Source of the DNA: the human T2T-CHM13v2.0 reference genome, Homo sapiens
DNA: 64,000 bases
Assembly: GCF_009914755.1 (NCBI RefSeq)
Contig: NC_060931.1
Reading direction: 5' to 3' (one strand)
The notes below the pieces were generated by a model that worked only from the letters and a program-made list of their open reading frames with translations, was not told the origin of the DNA and searched no databases. The translations under genes were made by a program, and so were the position numbers. Shown here piece by piece: positions 11,501 to 26,500 of the stretch; the first letter of the stretch is position 1; each line of letters starts with the position of its first letter.

Positions 11501-14500
11501 AGGTTCAGCTCTGTGAGTTGAATGCACACATCTCAAAGAAGTTTCTGAGAATGGTTCTGTCTAGTTTTTATGTGAAGGTATTCGCGATTCCAATGAAGTC
11601 TTCAAAGCGCTCCAAATATCTAAATGCGGATTCTACAAAAAGAGTGATTCAAAACTGGTCTATGAAAAGGAAGGTTCAGCTCTGTGAGTTGAACGCACAC
11701 ATCACAAAAAGTTTCCGACAATGCTTCCATTTAGTTTTTAGGTGAAGATATTACCTTTTCAACCACAGCCTTCGAAACGATCCAAATGTCCACTTGCAGA
11801 TTCTACAAGAAGATTGTTTCCAGGCGGCTCTATCAAAAGAAATGTTCAACTATGGGAGTAGAATACACACATCACAAAGTCGTTTCTGAGAATGCTTCTG
11901 TCTAGTTTTTATGTGAAGATATTTCCTTTTCTACCAGAGGCCTGAAAGCGCTCCAAACATCCAATTGCAGATTCTACCAAAAGAGTGTTTCAAAACTTCT
12001 CTATCAAAAGTAAGGGTCTGCATTGTGAGTTGAATGTACACATCAAAATGAAGTTTCTGATTATACTTCTGTCTACTTCTTATGGGAAGATATTTCCTTA
12101 TCCGCAATGGTCCTCAAAGCCCTCGAAATGCCCACTTGAAGATTCTTCGGAAAGACGGTTTCAAAACTGCTCTATCAAAAGAAAGTTTCAACTTTGTGTG
12201 TAGAATGCACACATCACAAAGTCGTTTCTGAGAATGCTTCTGTCTAGTTTTTATAGGAAGATATTTCCTTTTCTACCATAAGCCTCAAAGCACTGCACAT
12301 ATGAACTGGCAGATTCTTTAAAAAGAGTGTTTCAAAACTGCTCTATCAAAACTGTTCTATCAACTCTGTGAGATGAATGGACACATCACAAAGATGTTTC
12401 TGAGAAAGCTTCTGTCTAGGTTTTAGGTGAAGATATTCTCGTTTCCAAAAAATGCTTCAAAGAGTACTTAAATATCCGCCTGCAGATTCTACAAAAGGAG
12501 TGTTTCAAAACTGCTCTAACAAAAGAAAGGTTCAACCTGGGAGTTGAATGCACACATCACAAAGAAGTTTCTGAGAATGCTTCTGTCTAGTTTTAATGCG
12601 AAGATATTCCCTTTTCCATCATAACCTTCAAAGCGCTCCAAATGTCCATTTGCAGATTTTAGAAACAGAGTGTTTCCAGACTGCTCTATCAAAAGAAATT
12701 TTCAACTATGGGAGTAGAATGCACACAACACAAATTCGTTTCTGAGAATGCTTCTGTCTAGTTTTTATGTGAAGATATTTCCTTTTCTACCACAGGCATA
12801 AATGTGCTCCAAATATCCACTTGCAGATTCTAAACAAAGAGTGTTTCAAAACTGCTCTATCAAAAGGAAGGTTCAATTCTGTGAGTTGAATGCACACATC
12901 ACAAAGTAGTTTCTGAGAATGCTTCTGCCTAATTTTTAGATTTAAGCTATTCCCATTTCCAAAGAAGGCTTCAATTTGCTCCAAATATCCACTTGCAGAG
13001 TGTACAAAAAGAGGGTTTCAAAACTGCTCTATCAAAAGGAAGGTTCAACTCTGTGAGATGAATGCACACATCACAAAGTGGTTTCAGAGAATGCTTCTTT
13101 CTAGTTTTTAGGTGACGATATTCCCGTTTCCAATGTAGCACTCAAAGAGCTCCAAATATCCTCCTGCAGATTGTGCAAAAAGGGTGTTTCAAAACTGCTC
13201 TATTAAAAAGAAGCTTCAACTCTGTGAGTTGAATGCACAAATCACAAAGAAGTTTCTGGGAATACTTCTGTCTATTTTTATGTGACGATACTCCCGTTTC
13301 CAAAGAAGGCTTCAAAGCACTCCAAATATCCACCTGCAGATTATAAAGGAAGAGTTTTTCAAAACTGCTCAATCCAAAGGAAGGTTCAGCTCCGTGAGTT
13401 CAATGCCCACATCACAAAGAAGTTTCTGAGAATGCTTCTGTCTAGTTTCAAGGGGAAGATATTCCCGTTTCCAACGAAGGCTTCAAAGCGCTCCAAATAT
13501 CCACTTGCAGAGTCTACAAAAAGACTGTTTCAAAACTGCTCTATAAAAGTAAGGTTGTACTTTGTTAGTGGAATGCACCCATCAAAATGAAGTTTCTGAG
13601 AACACTTCTGTCTACTTTTCATGTGAAGATATTTCCTTATCCACAATAGTCCCCAAAGCCCTCAAAATGCCCACTTGAAGATCCCTCAAAAAGACTGTTT
13701 CAAAACTGCAGTATCAGAAGGAAATTTCAACTATGTGAGTAGAATGCACACATCACAAAGTAGTTTCTGAGAATGCTTCTGTCTAGTTTTCATATGAAGA
13801 TATTTCCTTTTCGACCTTAAGCCTCAAAGTGCTGCAATTATGCACTTTCAGATTCTTCAAAAAGAGGGTTTCAAAACTGCTCTGGCAAAAGGAAGTTTCA
13901 ACGCTGTGAGTTGAATGCACACATCACAAAGAAGTTTCTGAGAATGCTTCTGTCTAATTTTTATGTGAAGATAATCCTGTTTCCCAAGAAGGCTTCAAAG
14001 CACCCTAATATCCGCCTCCAGATTCTACAGAAAGAGTGTTTCAAAACTGCTCTATGAAAAGGAAGGTTCAACTCTGTGAGTTGAATGCAGACATCATAAA
14101 GGAGTTTCTGAGAATGCTTCTGTCTTGTTTTAATGTGAAGATATTTCCTTTTCAACCGATAGCCTAAAAGAGCTCCAAATGTCCAACTGCAGATTTTTTA
14201 AAAAGAATGTTTCAAAACTGCACTATCAAAAGAAAGGTTCAGCTCTGTGAGTTGAATGCACACATCTCAAAGAAGTTTCTGAGAATGGTTCTGTCTAGTT
14301 TTTATGTGAAGGTATTCGCGATTCCAATGAAGTCTTCAAAGCGCTCCAAATATCTAAATGCGGATTCTACAAAAAGAGTGATTCAAAACTGGTCTATGAA
14401 AAGGAAGGTTCAGCTCTGTGAGTTGAACGCACACATCACAAAAAGTTTCCGACAATGCTTCCATTTAGTTTTTAGGTGAAGATATTACCTTTTCAACCAC

Positions 14501-17500
14501 AGCCTTCGAAACGCTCCAAATGTCCACTTGCAGATTCTACAAGAAGATTGTTTCCAGGCGGCTCTATCAAAAGAAATGTTCAACTATGGGAGTAGAATAC
14601 ACACATCACAAAGTCGTTTCTGAGAATGCTTCTGTCTAGTTTTTATGTGAAGATATTTCCTTTTCTACCAGAGGCCTGAAAGCGCTCCAAACATCCAATT
14701 GCAGATTCTACAAAAAGAGTGTTTCAAAACTTCTCTATCAAAAGTAAGGGTCTGCTTTGTGAGTTGAATGTACACATCAAAATGAAGTTTCTGATTATAC
14801 TTCTGTCTACTTCTTATGGGAAGATATTTCCTTATCCGCAATGGTCCTCAAATCCCTCGAAATGCCCACTTGAAGATTCTTCGGAAAGACTGTTTCAAAA
14901 CTGCTCTATCAAAAGAAAGTTTCAACTTTGTGTGTAGAATGCACACATCACAAAGTCGTTTCTGAGAATGCTTCTGTCTAGTTTTTATATGAAGATATTT
15001 CCTTTTCTACCATAAGCCTCAAAGCACTGCACATATGAACTGGCAGATTCTTTAAAAAGAGTGTTTCAAAACTGCTCTATCAAAACTGTTCTATCAACTC
15101 TGTGAGATGAATGGACACATCACAAAGATGTTTCTGAGAATGCTTCTGTCTAGGTTTTAGGTGAAGATATTCTCGTTTCCAAAGAATGCTTCAAAGAGTA
15201 CTTAAATATCCGCCTGCAGATTCTACAAAAGGAGTGTTTCAAAACTGCTCTAACAAAAGAAAGGTTCAACCTGGGAGTTGAATGCACACATCACAAAGAA
15301 GTTTCTGAGAATGCTTCTGTCTAGTTTTAATGCGAAGATATTCCCTTTTACATCATAACCTTCAAAGCGCTCCAAATGTCCATTTGCAGATTTTAGAAAC
15401 AGAGTGTTTCCAGACTGCTCTATCAAAAGAAATTTTCAACTATGGGAGTAGAATGCACACAACACAAATTCGTTTCTGAGAATGCTTCTGTCTAGTTTTT
15501 ATGTGAAGATATTTCCTTTTCTACCACAGGCATAAATGTGCTCCAAATATCCTCTTGCAGATTCTAAACAAAGAGTGTTTCAAAACTGCTGTATCAAAAG
15601 GAAGGTTCAATTCTGTGAGTTGAATGCACACATCACAAAGTAGTTTCTGAGAATGCTTCTGCCTAATTTTTAGATTTAAGCTATTCCCATTTCCAAAGAA
15701 GGCTTCAATTTGCTCCAAATATCCACTTGCAGAGTGTACAAAAAGAGGGTTTCAAAACTGCTCTATCAAAAGGAAGGTTCAACTCTGTGAGATGAATGCA
15801 CACATCACAAAGTGGTTTCAGAGAATGCTTCTTTCTAGTTTTTAGGTGACGATATTCCCGTTTCCAATGTAGCACTCAAAGAGCTCCAAATATCCTCCTG
15901 CAGATTGTGCAAAAAGGGTGTTTCAAAACTGCTCTATCAAAAAGAAGCTTCAACTCTGTGAGTTGAATGCACAAATCACAAAGAAGTTTCTGGGAATACT
16001 TCTGTCTATTTTTATGTGACGATACTCCCGTTTCCAAAGAAGGCTTCAAATCACTCCAAATATCCACCTGCAGATTATAAAGGAAGAGTTTTTCAAAACT
16101 GCTCAATCCAAAGGAAGGTTCAGCTCCGTGAGTTCAATGCCCACATCACAAAGAAGTTTCTGAGAATGCTTCTGTCTAGTTTCAAGGGGAAGATATTCCC
16201 GTTTCCAACGAAGGCTTCAAAGCGCTCCAAATATCCACTTGCAGAGTCTACAAAAAGACTGTTTCAAAACTGCTCTATAAAAGTAAGGTTGTACTTTGTT
16301 AGTTGAATGCACCCATCAAAATGAAGTTTCTGAGAACACATCTGTCTACTTTTCATGTGAAGATATTTCCTTATCCACAATAGTCCCCAAAGCCCTCAAA
16401 ATGCCCACTTGAAGATCCCTCAAAAAGACTGTTTCAAAACTGCAGTATCAGAAGGAAATTTCAACTATGTGAGTAGAATGCACACATCACAAAGTAGTTT
16501 CTGAGAATGCTTCTGTCTAGTTTTTATATGAAGTTATTTCCTTTTCGACCTTAAGCCTCAAAGTGCTGCAATTATGCACTTTCAGATTCTTCAAAAAGAG
16601 GGTTTCAAAACTGCTCTGGCAAAAGGAAGTTTCAACGCTGTGAGTTGAATGCACACATCACAAAGAAGTTTCTGAGAATGCTTCTGTCTAATTTTTATGT
16701 GAAGATAATCCTGTTTCCCAAGAAGGCTTCAAAGCACCCTAATATCCGCCTCCAGATTCTACAGAAAGAGTGTTTCAAAACTGCTCTATGAAAAGGAAGG
16801 TTCAACTCTGTGAGTTGAATGCAGACATCATAAAGGAGTTTCTGAGAATGCTTCTGTCTTGTTTTAATGTGAAGATATTTCCTTTTCAACCGATAGCCTA
16901 AAAGAGCTCCAAATGTCCAACTGCAGATTATTTAAAAAGAATGTTTCAAAACTGCACTATCAAAAGAAAGGTTCAGCTCTGTGAGTTGAATGCACACATC
17001 TCAAAGAAGTTTCTGAGAATGGTTCTGTCTAGTTCTTATGTGAAGGTATTCGCGATTCCAATGAAGTCTTCAAAGCGCTCCAAATATCTAAATGCGGATT
17101 CTACAAAAAGAGTGATTCAAAACTGGTCTATGAAAAGGAAGTTTCAGCTCTGTGAGTTGAACGCACACATCACAAAAAGTTTCGGAGAATGCTTCCATTT
17201 AGTTTTTGGGTGAAGATATTACCTTTTCAACCACAGCCTTCGAAACGCTCCAAATGTCCACTTGCAGATTCTACAAGAAGATTGTTTCCAGGCGGCTCTA
17301 TCAAAAGAAATGTTCAACTATGGGAGTAGAATACACACATCACAAAGTCGTTTCTGAGAATGCTTCTGTCTAGTTTTTATGTGAAGATATTTCCTTTTCT
17401 ACCAGAGGCTTGAAAGCGCTCCAAATATCCAATTGCAGATTCTACAAAAAGAGTGTTTCAAAACTTCTCTATCAAAAGTAAGGGTCTGCTTTGTGAGTTG

Positions 17501-20500
17501 AATGTACACATCAAAATGAAGTTTCTGATTATAATTCTGTCTACTTCTTATGGGAAGATATTTCCTTATCCGCAATGGTCCTCAAAGCCCTGGAAATGCC
17601 CACTTGATGATTCTTCGGAAAGACGGTTTCAAACTGCTCTATCAAAAGAAAGTTTCAACTTTGTGTGTAGAATGCACACATCACAAAGTCGTTTCTGAGA
17701 ATGCTTCTGTCTAGTTTTTATAGGAAGATATTTCCTTTTCTACCATAAGCCTCAAAGCACTGCACATATGAACTGGCAGATTCTTTAAAAAGAGTGTTTC
17801 AAAACTGCTCTATCAAAACTGTTCTATCAACTCTGTGAGATGAATGGACACATCACAAAGATGTTTCTGAGAATGCTTCTGTCTAGGTTTTAGGTGAAGA
17901 TATTCTCGTTTCCAAAGAATGCTTCAAAGAGTACTTAAATATCCGCCTGCAGATTCTACAAAAGGAGTGCTTCAAAACTGCTCTAACAAAAGAAAGGTTC
18001 AACCTGGGAGTTGAATGCACACATCACAAAGAAGTTTCTGAGAATGCTTCTGTCTAGTTTTAATGCGAAGATATTCCCTTTTCCATCATAACCTTCAAAG
18101 CGCTCCAAATGTCCATTTGCAGATTTTAGAAACAGAGTGTCTCCAGACTGCTCTATCAAAAGAAATATTCAACTATGGGAGTAGAATGCACACAACACAA
18201 ATTCGTTTCTGAGAATGCTTCTGTCTAGTTTTTATGTGAAGATATTTCCTTTTCTACCACAGGCATAAATGTGCTCCAAATATCCACTTGCAGATTCTAA
18301 ACAAAGAGTGTTTCAAAACTGCTGTATCAAAAGGAAGGTTCAATTCTGTGAGTTGAATGCACACATCACAAAGTAGTTTCTGAGAATGCTTCTGCCTAAT
18401 TTTTAGTTATAAGATATTCCCATTTCCAAAGAAGGCTTCAATTTGCTCCAAATATCCACTTGCAGATTGTACAAAAAGAGGGTTTCAAAACTGCTCTATC
18501 AAAAGGAAGGTTCAACTCTGTGAGATGAATGCACACATCACAAAGTGGTTTCAGAGAATGCTTCTTTCTAGTTTTTAGGTGACGATATTCCCGTTTCCAA
18601 TGTAGCACTCAAAGAGCTCCAAATATCCTCCTGCAGATTGTGCAAAAAGGGTGTTTCAAAACTGCTCTATCAAAAAGAAGCTTCAACTCTGTGAGTTGAA
18701 TGCACAAATCACAAAGAAGTTTCTGGGAATACTTCTGTCTATTTTTATGTGACGATACTCCCGTTTCCAAAGAAGGCTTCAAAGCACTCCAAATATCCAC
18801 CTGCAGATTATAAAGGAAGAGTTTTTCAAAACTGCTCAATCCAAAGGAAGGTTCAGCTCCGTGAGTTCAATGCCCACATCACAAAGAAGTTTCTGAGAAT
18901 GCTTCTGTCTAGTTTCAAGGGGAAGATATTCCCGTTTCCAACGAAGGCTTCAAAGCGCTCCAAATATCCACTTGCAGAGTCTACAAAAAGACTGTTTCAA
19001 AACTGCTCTATAAAAGTAAGGTTGTACTTTGTTAGTTGAATGCACCCATCAAAATGAAGTTTCTGAGAACACTTCTGTCTACTTTTCATGTGAAGATATT
19101 TCCTTATCCACAATAGTCCCCAAAGCCCTCAAAATGCCCACTTGAAGATCCCTCAAAAAGACTGTTTCAAAACTGCAGTATCAGAAGGAAATTTCAACTA
19201 TGTGAGTAGAATGCACACATCACAAAGTAGTTTCTGAGAATGCTTCTGTCTAGTTTTTATATGAAGATATTTCCTTTTCGACCTTAAGCCTCAAAGTGCT
19301 GCAATTATGCACTTTCAGATTCTTCAAAAAGAGGGTTTCAAAACTGCTCTGGCAAAAGGAAGTTTCAACGCTGTGAGTTGAATGCACACATCACAAAGAA
19401 GTTTCTGAGAATGCTTCTGTCTAATTTTTATGTGAAGATAATCCTGTTTCCCAAGAAGGCTTCAAAGCACCCTAATATCCGCCTCCAGATTCTACAGAAA
19501 GAGTGTTTCAAAACTGCTCTATGAAAAGGAAGGTTCAACTCTGTGAGTTGAATGCAGACATCATAAAGGAGTTTCTGAGAATGCTTCTGTCTTGTTTTAA
19601 TGTGAAGATATTTCCTTTTCAACCGATAGCCTAAAAGAGCTCCAAATGTCCAACTGCAGATTTTTTAAAAAGAATGTTTCAAAACTGCACTATCAAAAGA
19701 AAGGTTCAGCTCTGTGAGTTGAATGCACACATCTCAAAGAAGTTTCTGAGAATGGTTCTGTCTAGTTTTTATGTGAAGGTATTCGCGATTCCAATGAAGT
19801 CTTCAAAGCGCTCCAAATATCTAAATGCGGATTCTACAAAAAGAGTGATTCAAAACTGGTCTATGAAAAGGAAGGTTCAGCTCTGTGAGTTGAACGCACA
19901 CATCACAAAAAGTTTCCGACAATGCTTCCATTTAGTTTTTAGGTGAAGATATTACCTTTTCAACCACAGCCTTCGAAACGCTCCAAATGTCCACTTGCAG
20001 ATTCTACAAGAAGATTGTTTCCAGGCGGCTCTATCAAAAGAAATGTTCAACTATGGGAGTAGAATACACACATCACAAAGTCGTTTCTGAGAATGCTTCT
20101 GTCTAGTTTTTATGTGAAGATGTTTCCTTTTCTACCAGAGGCCTGAAAGCGCTCCAAACATCCAATTGCAGATTCTACCAAAAGAGTGTTTCAAAACTTC
20201 TCTATCAAAAGTAAGGGTCTGCTTTGTGAGTTGAATGTACACATCAAAATGAAGTTTCTGATTATACTTCTGTCTACTTCTTATGGGAAGATATTTCCTT
20301 ATCCGCAATGGTCCTCAAAGCCCTCGAAATGCCCACTTGAAGATTCTTCGGAAAGACGGTTTCAAAACTGCTCTATCAAAAGAAAGTTTCAACTTTGTGT
20401 GTAGAATGCACACATCACAAAGTCGTTTCTGAGAATGCTTCTGTCTAGTTTTTATAGGAAGATATTTCCTTTTCTACCATAAGCCTCAAAGCACTGCACA

Positions 20501-23500
20501 TATGAACTGGCAGATTCTTTAAAAAGAGTGTTTCAAAACTGCTCTATCAAAACTGTTCTATCACCTCTGTGAGATGAATGGACACATCACAAAGATGTTT
20601 CTGAGAATGCTTCTGTCTAGGTTTTAGGTGAAGATATTCTCGTTTCCAAAGAATGCTTCAAAGAGTACTTAAATATCCGCCTGCAGATTCTACAAAAGGA
20701 GTGTTTCAAAACTGCTCTAACAAAAGAAAGGTTCAACCTGGGAGTTGAATGCACACATCACAAAGAAGTTTCTGAGAATGCTTCTGTCTAGTTTTAATGC
20801 GAAGATATTCCCTTTTCCATCATAACCTTCAAAGCGCTCCAAATGTCCATTTGCAGATTTTAGAAACAGAGTGTTTCCAGACTGCTCTATCAAAAGAAAT
20901 TTTCAACTATGGGAGTAGAATGCACACAACACAAATTCGTTTCTGAGAATGCTTCTGTCTAGTTTTTATGTGAAGATATTTCCTTTTCTACCACAGGCAT
21001 AAATGTGCTCCAAATATCCTCTTGCAGATTCTAAACAAAGAGTGTTTCAAAACTGCTGTATCAAAAGGAAGGTTCAATTCTGTGAGTTGAATGCACACAT
21101 CACAAAGTAGTTTCTGAGAATGCTTCTGCCTAATTTTTAGATTTAAGATATTCCCATTTCCAAAGAAGGCTTCAATTTGCTCCAAATATCCACTTGCAGA
21201 TTGTACAAAAAGAGGGTTTCAAAACTGCTCTATCAAAAGGAAGGTTCAACTCTGTGAGATGAATGCACACATCACAAAGTGGTTTCAGAGAATGCTTCTT
21301 TCTAGTTTTCAGGTGACGATATTCCCGTTTCCAATGTAGCACTCAAAGAGCTCCAAATATCCTCCTGCAGATTGTGCAAAAAGGGTGTTTCAAAACTGCT
21401 CTATCAAAAAGAAGCTTCAACTCTGTGAGTTGAATGCACAAATCACAAAGAAGTTTCTGGGAATACTTCTGTCTATTTTTATGTGACGATACTCCCGTTT
21501 CCAAAGAAGGCTTCAAAGCACTCCAAATATCCACCTGCAGATTATAAAGGAAGAGTTTTTCAAAACTGCTCAATCCAAAGGAAGGTTCAGCTCCGTGAGT
21601 TCAATGCCCACATCACAAAGAAGTTTCTGAGAATGCTTCTGTCTAGTTTCAAGGGGAAGATATTCCCGTTTCCAACGAAGGCTTCAAAGCGCTCCAAATA
21701 TCCACTTGCAGAGTCTACAAAAAGACTGTTTCAAAACTGCTCTATAAAAGTAAGGTTGTACTTTGTTAGTGGAATGCACCCATCAAAATGAAGTTTCTGA
21801 GAACACTTCTGTCTACTTTTCATGTGAAGATATTTCCTTATCCACAATAGTCCCCAAAGCCCTCAAAATTCCCACTTGAAGATCCCTCAAAAAGACTGTT
21901 TCAAAACTGCAGTATCAGAAGGAAATTTCAACTATGTGAGTAGAATGCACACATCACAAAGTAGTTTCTGAGAATGCTTCTGTCTAGTTTTTATATGAAG
22001 ATATTTCCTTTTCGACCTTAAGCCTCAAAGTGCTGCAATTATGCACTTTCAGATTCTTCAAAAAGAGGGTTTCAAAACTGCTCTGGCAAAAGGAAGTTTC
22101 AACGCTGTGAGTTGAATGCACACATCACAAAGAAGTTTCTGAGAATGCTTCTGTCTAATTTTTATGTGAAGATAATCCTGTTTCCCAAGAAGGCTTCAAA
22201 GCACCCTAATATCCGCCTCCAGATTCTACAGAAAGAGTGTTTCAAAACTGCTCTATGGAAAGGAAGGTTCAACTCTGTGAGTTGAATGCAGACATCATAA
22301 AGGAGTTTCTGAGAATGCTTCTGTCTTGTTTTAATGTGAAGATATTTCCTTTTCAACCGATAGCCTAAAAGAGCTCCAAATGTCCAACTGCAGATTTTTT
22401 AAAAAGAATGTTTCAAAACTGCACTATCAAAACAAAGGTTCAGCTCTGTGAGTTGAATGCACACATCTCAAAGAAGTTTCTGAGAATGGTTCTGTCTAGT
22501 TTTTATGTGAAGGTATTCGCGATTCCAATGAAGTCTTCAAAGCGCTCCAAATATCTAAATGCGGATTCTACAAAAAGAGTGATTCAAAACTGGTCTATGA
22601 AAAGGAAGGTTCAGCTCTGTGAGTTGAACGCACACATCACAAAAAGTTTCGGAGAATGCTTCCATTTAGTTTTTGGGTGAAGATATTACCTTTTCAACCA
22701 CAGCCTTCGAAACGCTCCAAATGTCCACTTGCAGATTCTACAAGAAGATTGTTTCCAGGCGGCTCTATCAAAAGAAATGTTCAACTATGGGAGTAGAATA
22801 CACACATCACAAAGTCGTTTCTGAGAATGCTTCTGTCTAGTTTTTATGTGAAGATATTTCCTTTTCTACCAGAGGCTTGAAAGCGCTCCAAATATCCAAT
22901 TGCAGATTCTACAAAAAGAGTGTTTCAAAACTTCTCTATCAAAAGTAAGGGTCTGCTTTGTGAGTTGAATGTACACATCAAAATGAAGTTTCTGATTATA
23001 ATTCTGTCTACTTCTCATGGGAAGATATTTCCTTATCCGCAATGGTCCTCAAAGCCCTCGAAATGCCCACTTGATGATTCTTCGGAAAGACGGTTTCAAA
23101 CTGCTCTATCAAAAGAAAGTTTCAACTTTGTGTGTAGAATGCACACATCACAAAGTCGTTTCTGAGAATGCTTCTGTCTAGTTTTTATAGGAAGATATTT
23201 CCTTTTCTACCATAAGCCTCAAAGCACTGCACATATGAACTGGCAGATTCTTTAAAAAGAGTGTTTCAAAACTGCTCTATCAAAACTGTTCTATCAACTC
23301 TGTGAGATGAATGGACACATCACAAAGATGTTTCTGAGAATGCTTCTGTCTAGGTTTTAGGTGAAGGTATTCTCGTTTCCAAAGAATGCTTCAAAGAGTA
23401 CTTAAATATCCGCCTGCAGATTCTACAAAAGGAGTGTTTCAAAACTGCTCTAACAAAAGAAAGGTTCAACCTGGGAGTTGAATGCACACATCACAAAGAA

Positions 23501-26500
23501 GTTTCTGAGAATGCTTCTGTCTAGTTTTAATGCGAAGATATTCCCTTTTCCATCATAACCTTCAAAGCGCTCCAAATGTCCATTTGCAGATTTTAGAAAC
23601 AGAGTGTCTCCAGACTGCTCTATCAAAAGAAATATTCAACTATGGGAGTAGAATGCACACAACACAAATTCGTTTCTGAGAATGCTTCTGTCTAGTTTTT
23701 ATGTGAAGATATTTCCTTTTCTACCACAGGCATAAATGTGCTCCAAATATCCACTTGCAGATTCTAAACAAAGAGTGTTTCAAAACTGCTGTATCAAAAG
23801 GAAGGTTCAATTCTGTGAGTTGAATGCACACATCACCAAGTAGTTTCTGAGAATGCTTCTGCCTAATTTTTAGTTATAAGATATTCCCATTTCCAAAGAA
23901 GGCTTCAATTTGCTCCAAATATCCACTTGCAGATTGTACAAAAAGAGGGTTTCAATACTGCTCTATCAAAAGGAAGGTTCAACTCTGTGAGATGAATGCA
24001 CACATCACAAAGTGGTTTCAGAGAATGCTTCTTTCTAGTTTTTAGGTGACGATATTCCCGTTTCCAATGTAGCACTCAAAGAGCTCCAAATATCCTCCTG
24101 CAGATTGTGCAAAAAGGGTGTTTCAAAACTGCTCTATCAAAAAGAAGCTTCAACTCTGTGAGTTGAATGCACAAATCACAAAGAAGTTTCTGGGAATACT
24201 TCTGTCTATTTTTATGTGACGATACTCCCGTTTCCAAAGAAGGCTTCAAAGCACTCCAAATATCCACCTGCAGATTATAAAGGAAGAGTTTTTCAAAACT
24301 GCTCAATCCAAAGGAAGGTTCAGCTCCGTGAGTTCAATGCCCACATCACAAAGAAGTTTCTGAGAATGCTTCTGTCTGGTTTCAAGGGGAAGATATTCCC
24401 GTTTCCAACGAAGGCTTCAAAGCGCTCCAAATATCCACTTGCAGAGTCTACAAAAAGACTGTTTCAAAACTGCTCTATAAAAGTAAGGTTGTACTTTGTT
24501 AGTTGAATGCACCCATCAAAATGAAGTTTCTGAGAACACTTCTGTCTACTTTTCATGTGAAGATATTTCCTTATCCACAATAGTCCCCAAAGCCCTCAAA
24601 ATGCCCACTTGAATATCCCTCAAAAGGACTGTTTCAAAACTGCAGTATCAGAAGGAAATTTCGACTATGTGAGTAGAATGCACACATCACAAAGTAGTTT
24701 CTGAGAATGCTTCTGTCTAGTTTTTATATGAAGATATTTCCTTTTCGACCTTAAGCCTCAAAGTGCTGCAATTATGCACTTTCAGATTCTTCAAAAAGAG
24801 GGTTTCAAAACTGCTCTGGCAAAAGGAAGTTTCAACGCTGTGAGTTGAATGCACACATCACAAAGAAGTTTCTGAGAATGCTTCTGTCTAATTTTTATGT
24901 GAAGATAATCCTGTTTCCCAAGAAGGCTTCAAAGCACCCTAATATCCGCCTCCAGATTCTACAGAAAGAGTGTTTCAAAACTGCTCTATGAAAAGGAAGG
25001 TTCAACTCTGTGAGTTGAATGCAGACATCATAAAGGAGTTTCTGAGAATGCTTCTGTCTTGTTTTAATGTGAAGATATTTCCTTTTCAACCGATAGCCTA
25101 AAAGAGCTCCAAATGTCCAACTGCAGATTTTTTAAAAAGAATGTTTCAAAACTGCACTATCAAAAGAAAGGTTCAGCTCTGTGAGTTGAATGCACACATC
25201 TCAAAGAAGTTTCTGAGAATGGTTCTGTCTAGTTTTTATGTGAAGGTATTCGCGATTCCAATGAAGTCTTCAAAGCGCTCCAAATATCTAAATGCGGATT
25301 CTACAAAAAGAGTGATTCAAAACTGGTCTATGAAAAGGAAGGTTCAGCTCTGTGAGTTGAACGCACACATCACAAAAAGTTTCGGACAATGCTTCCATTT
25401 AGTTTTTAGGTGAAGATATTACCTTTTCAACCACAGCCTTCGAAACGCTCCAAATGTCCACTTGCAGATTCTACAAGAAGATTGTTTCCAGGCGGCTCTA
25501 TCAAAAGAAATGTTCAACTATGGGAGTAGAATACACACATCACAAAGTCGTTTCTGAGAATGCTTCTGTCTAGTTTTTATGTGAAGATATTTCCTTTTCT
25601 ACCAGAGGCCTGAAAGCGCTCCAAACATCCAATTGCAGATTCTACAAAAAGAGTGTTTCAAAACTTCTCTATCAAAAGTAAGGGTCTGCTTTGTGAGTTG
25701 AATGTACACATCAAAATGAAGTTTCTGATTATACTTCTGTCTACTTCTTATGGGAAGATATTTCCTTATCCGCAATGGTCCTCAAAGCCCTCGAAATGCC
25801 CACTTGAAGATTCTTCGGAAAGACGGTTTCAAAACTGCTCTATCAAAAGAAAGTTTCAACTTTGTGTGTAGAATGCACACATCACAAAGTCGTTTCTGAG
25901 AATGCTTCTGTCTAGTTTTTATAGGAAGATATTTCCTTTTCTACCATAAGCCTCAAAGCACTGCACATATGAACTGGCAGATTCTTTAAAAAGAGTGTTT
26001 CAAAACTGCTCTATCAAAACTGTTCTATCAACTCTGTGAGATGAATGGACACATCACAAAGATGTTTCTGAGAATGCTTCTGTCTAGGTTTTAGGTGAAG
26101 ATATTCTCGTTTCCAAAGAATGCTTCAAAGAGTACTTAAATATCCGCCTGCAGATTCTACAAAAGGAGTGTTTCAAAACTGCTCTAACAAAAGAAAGGTT
26201 CAACCTGGGAGTTGAATGCACACATCACAAAGAAGTTTCTGAGAATGCTTCTGTCTAGTTTTAATGCGAAGATATTCCCTTTTCCATCATAACCTTCAAA
26301 GCGCTCCAAATGTCCATTTGCAGATTTTAGAAACAGAGTGTTTCCAGACTGCTCTATCAAAAGAAATTTTCAACTATGGGAGTAGAATGCACACAACACA
26401 AATTCGTTTCTGAGAATGCTTCTGTCTAGTTTTTATGTGAAGATATTTCCTTTTCTACCACAGGCATAAAAGTGCTCCAAATATCCACTTTCAGATTCTG

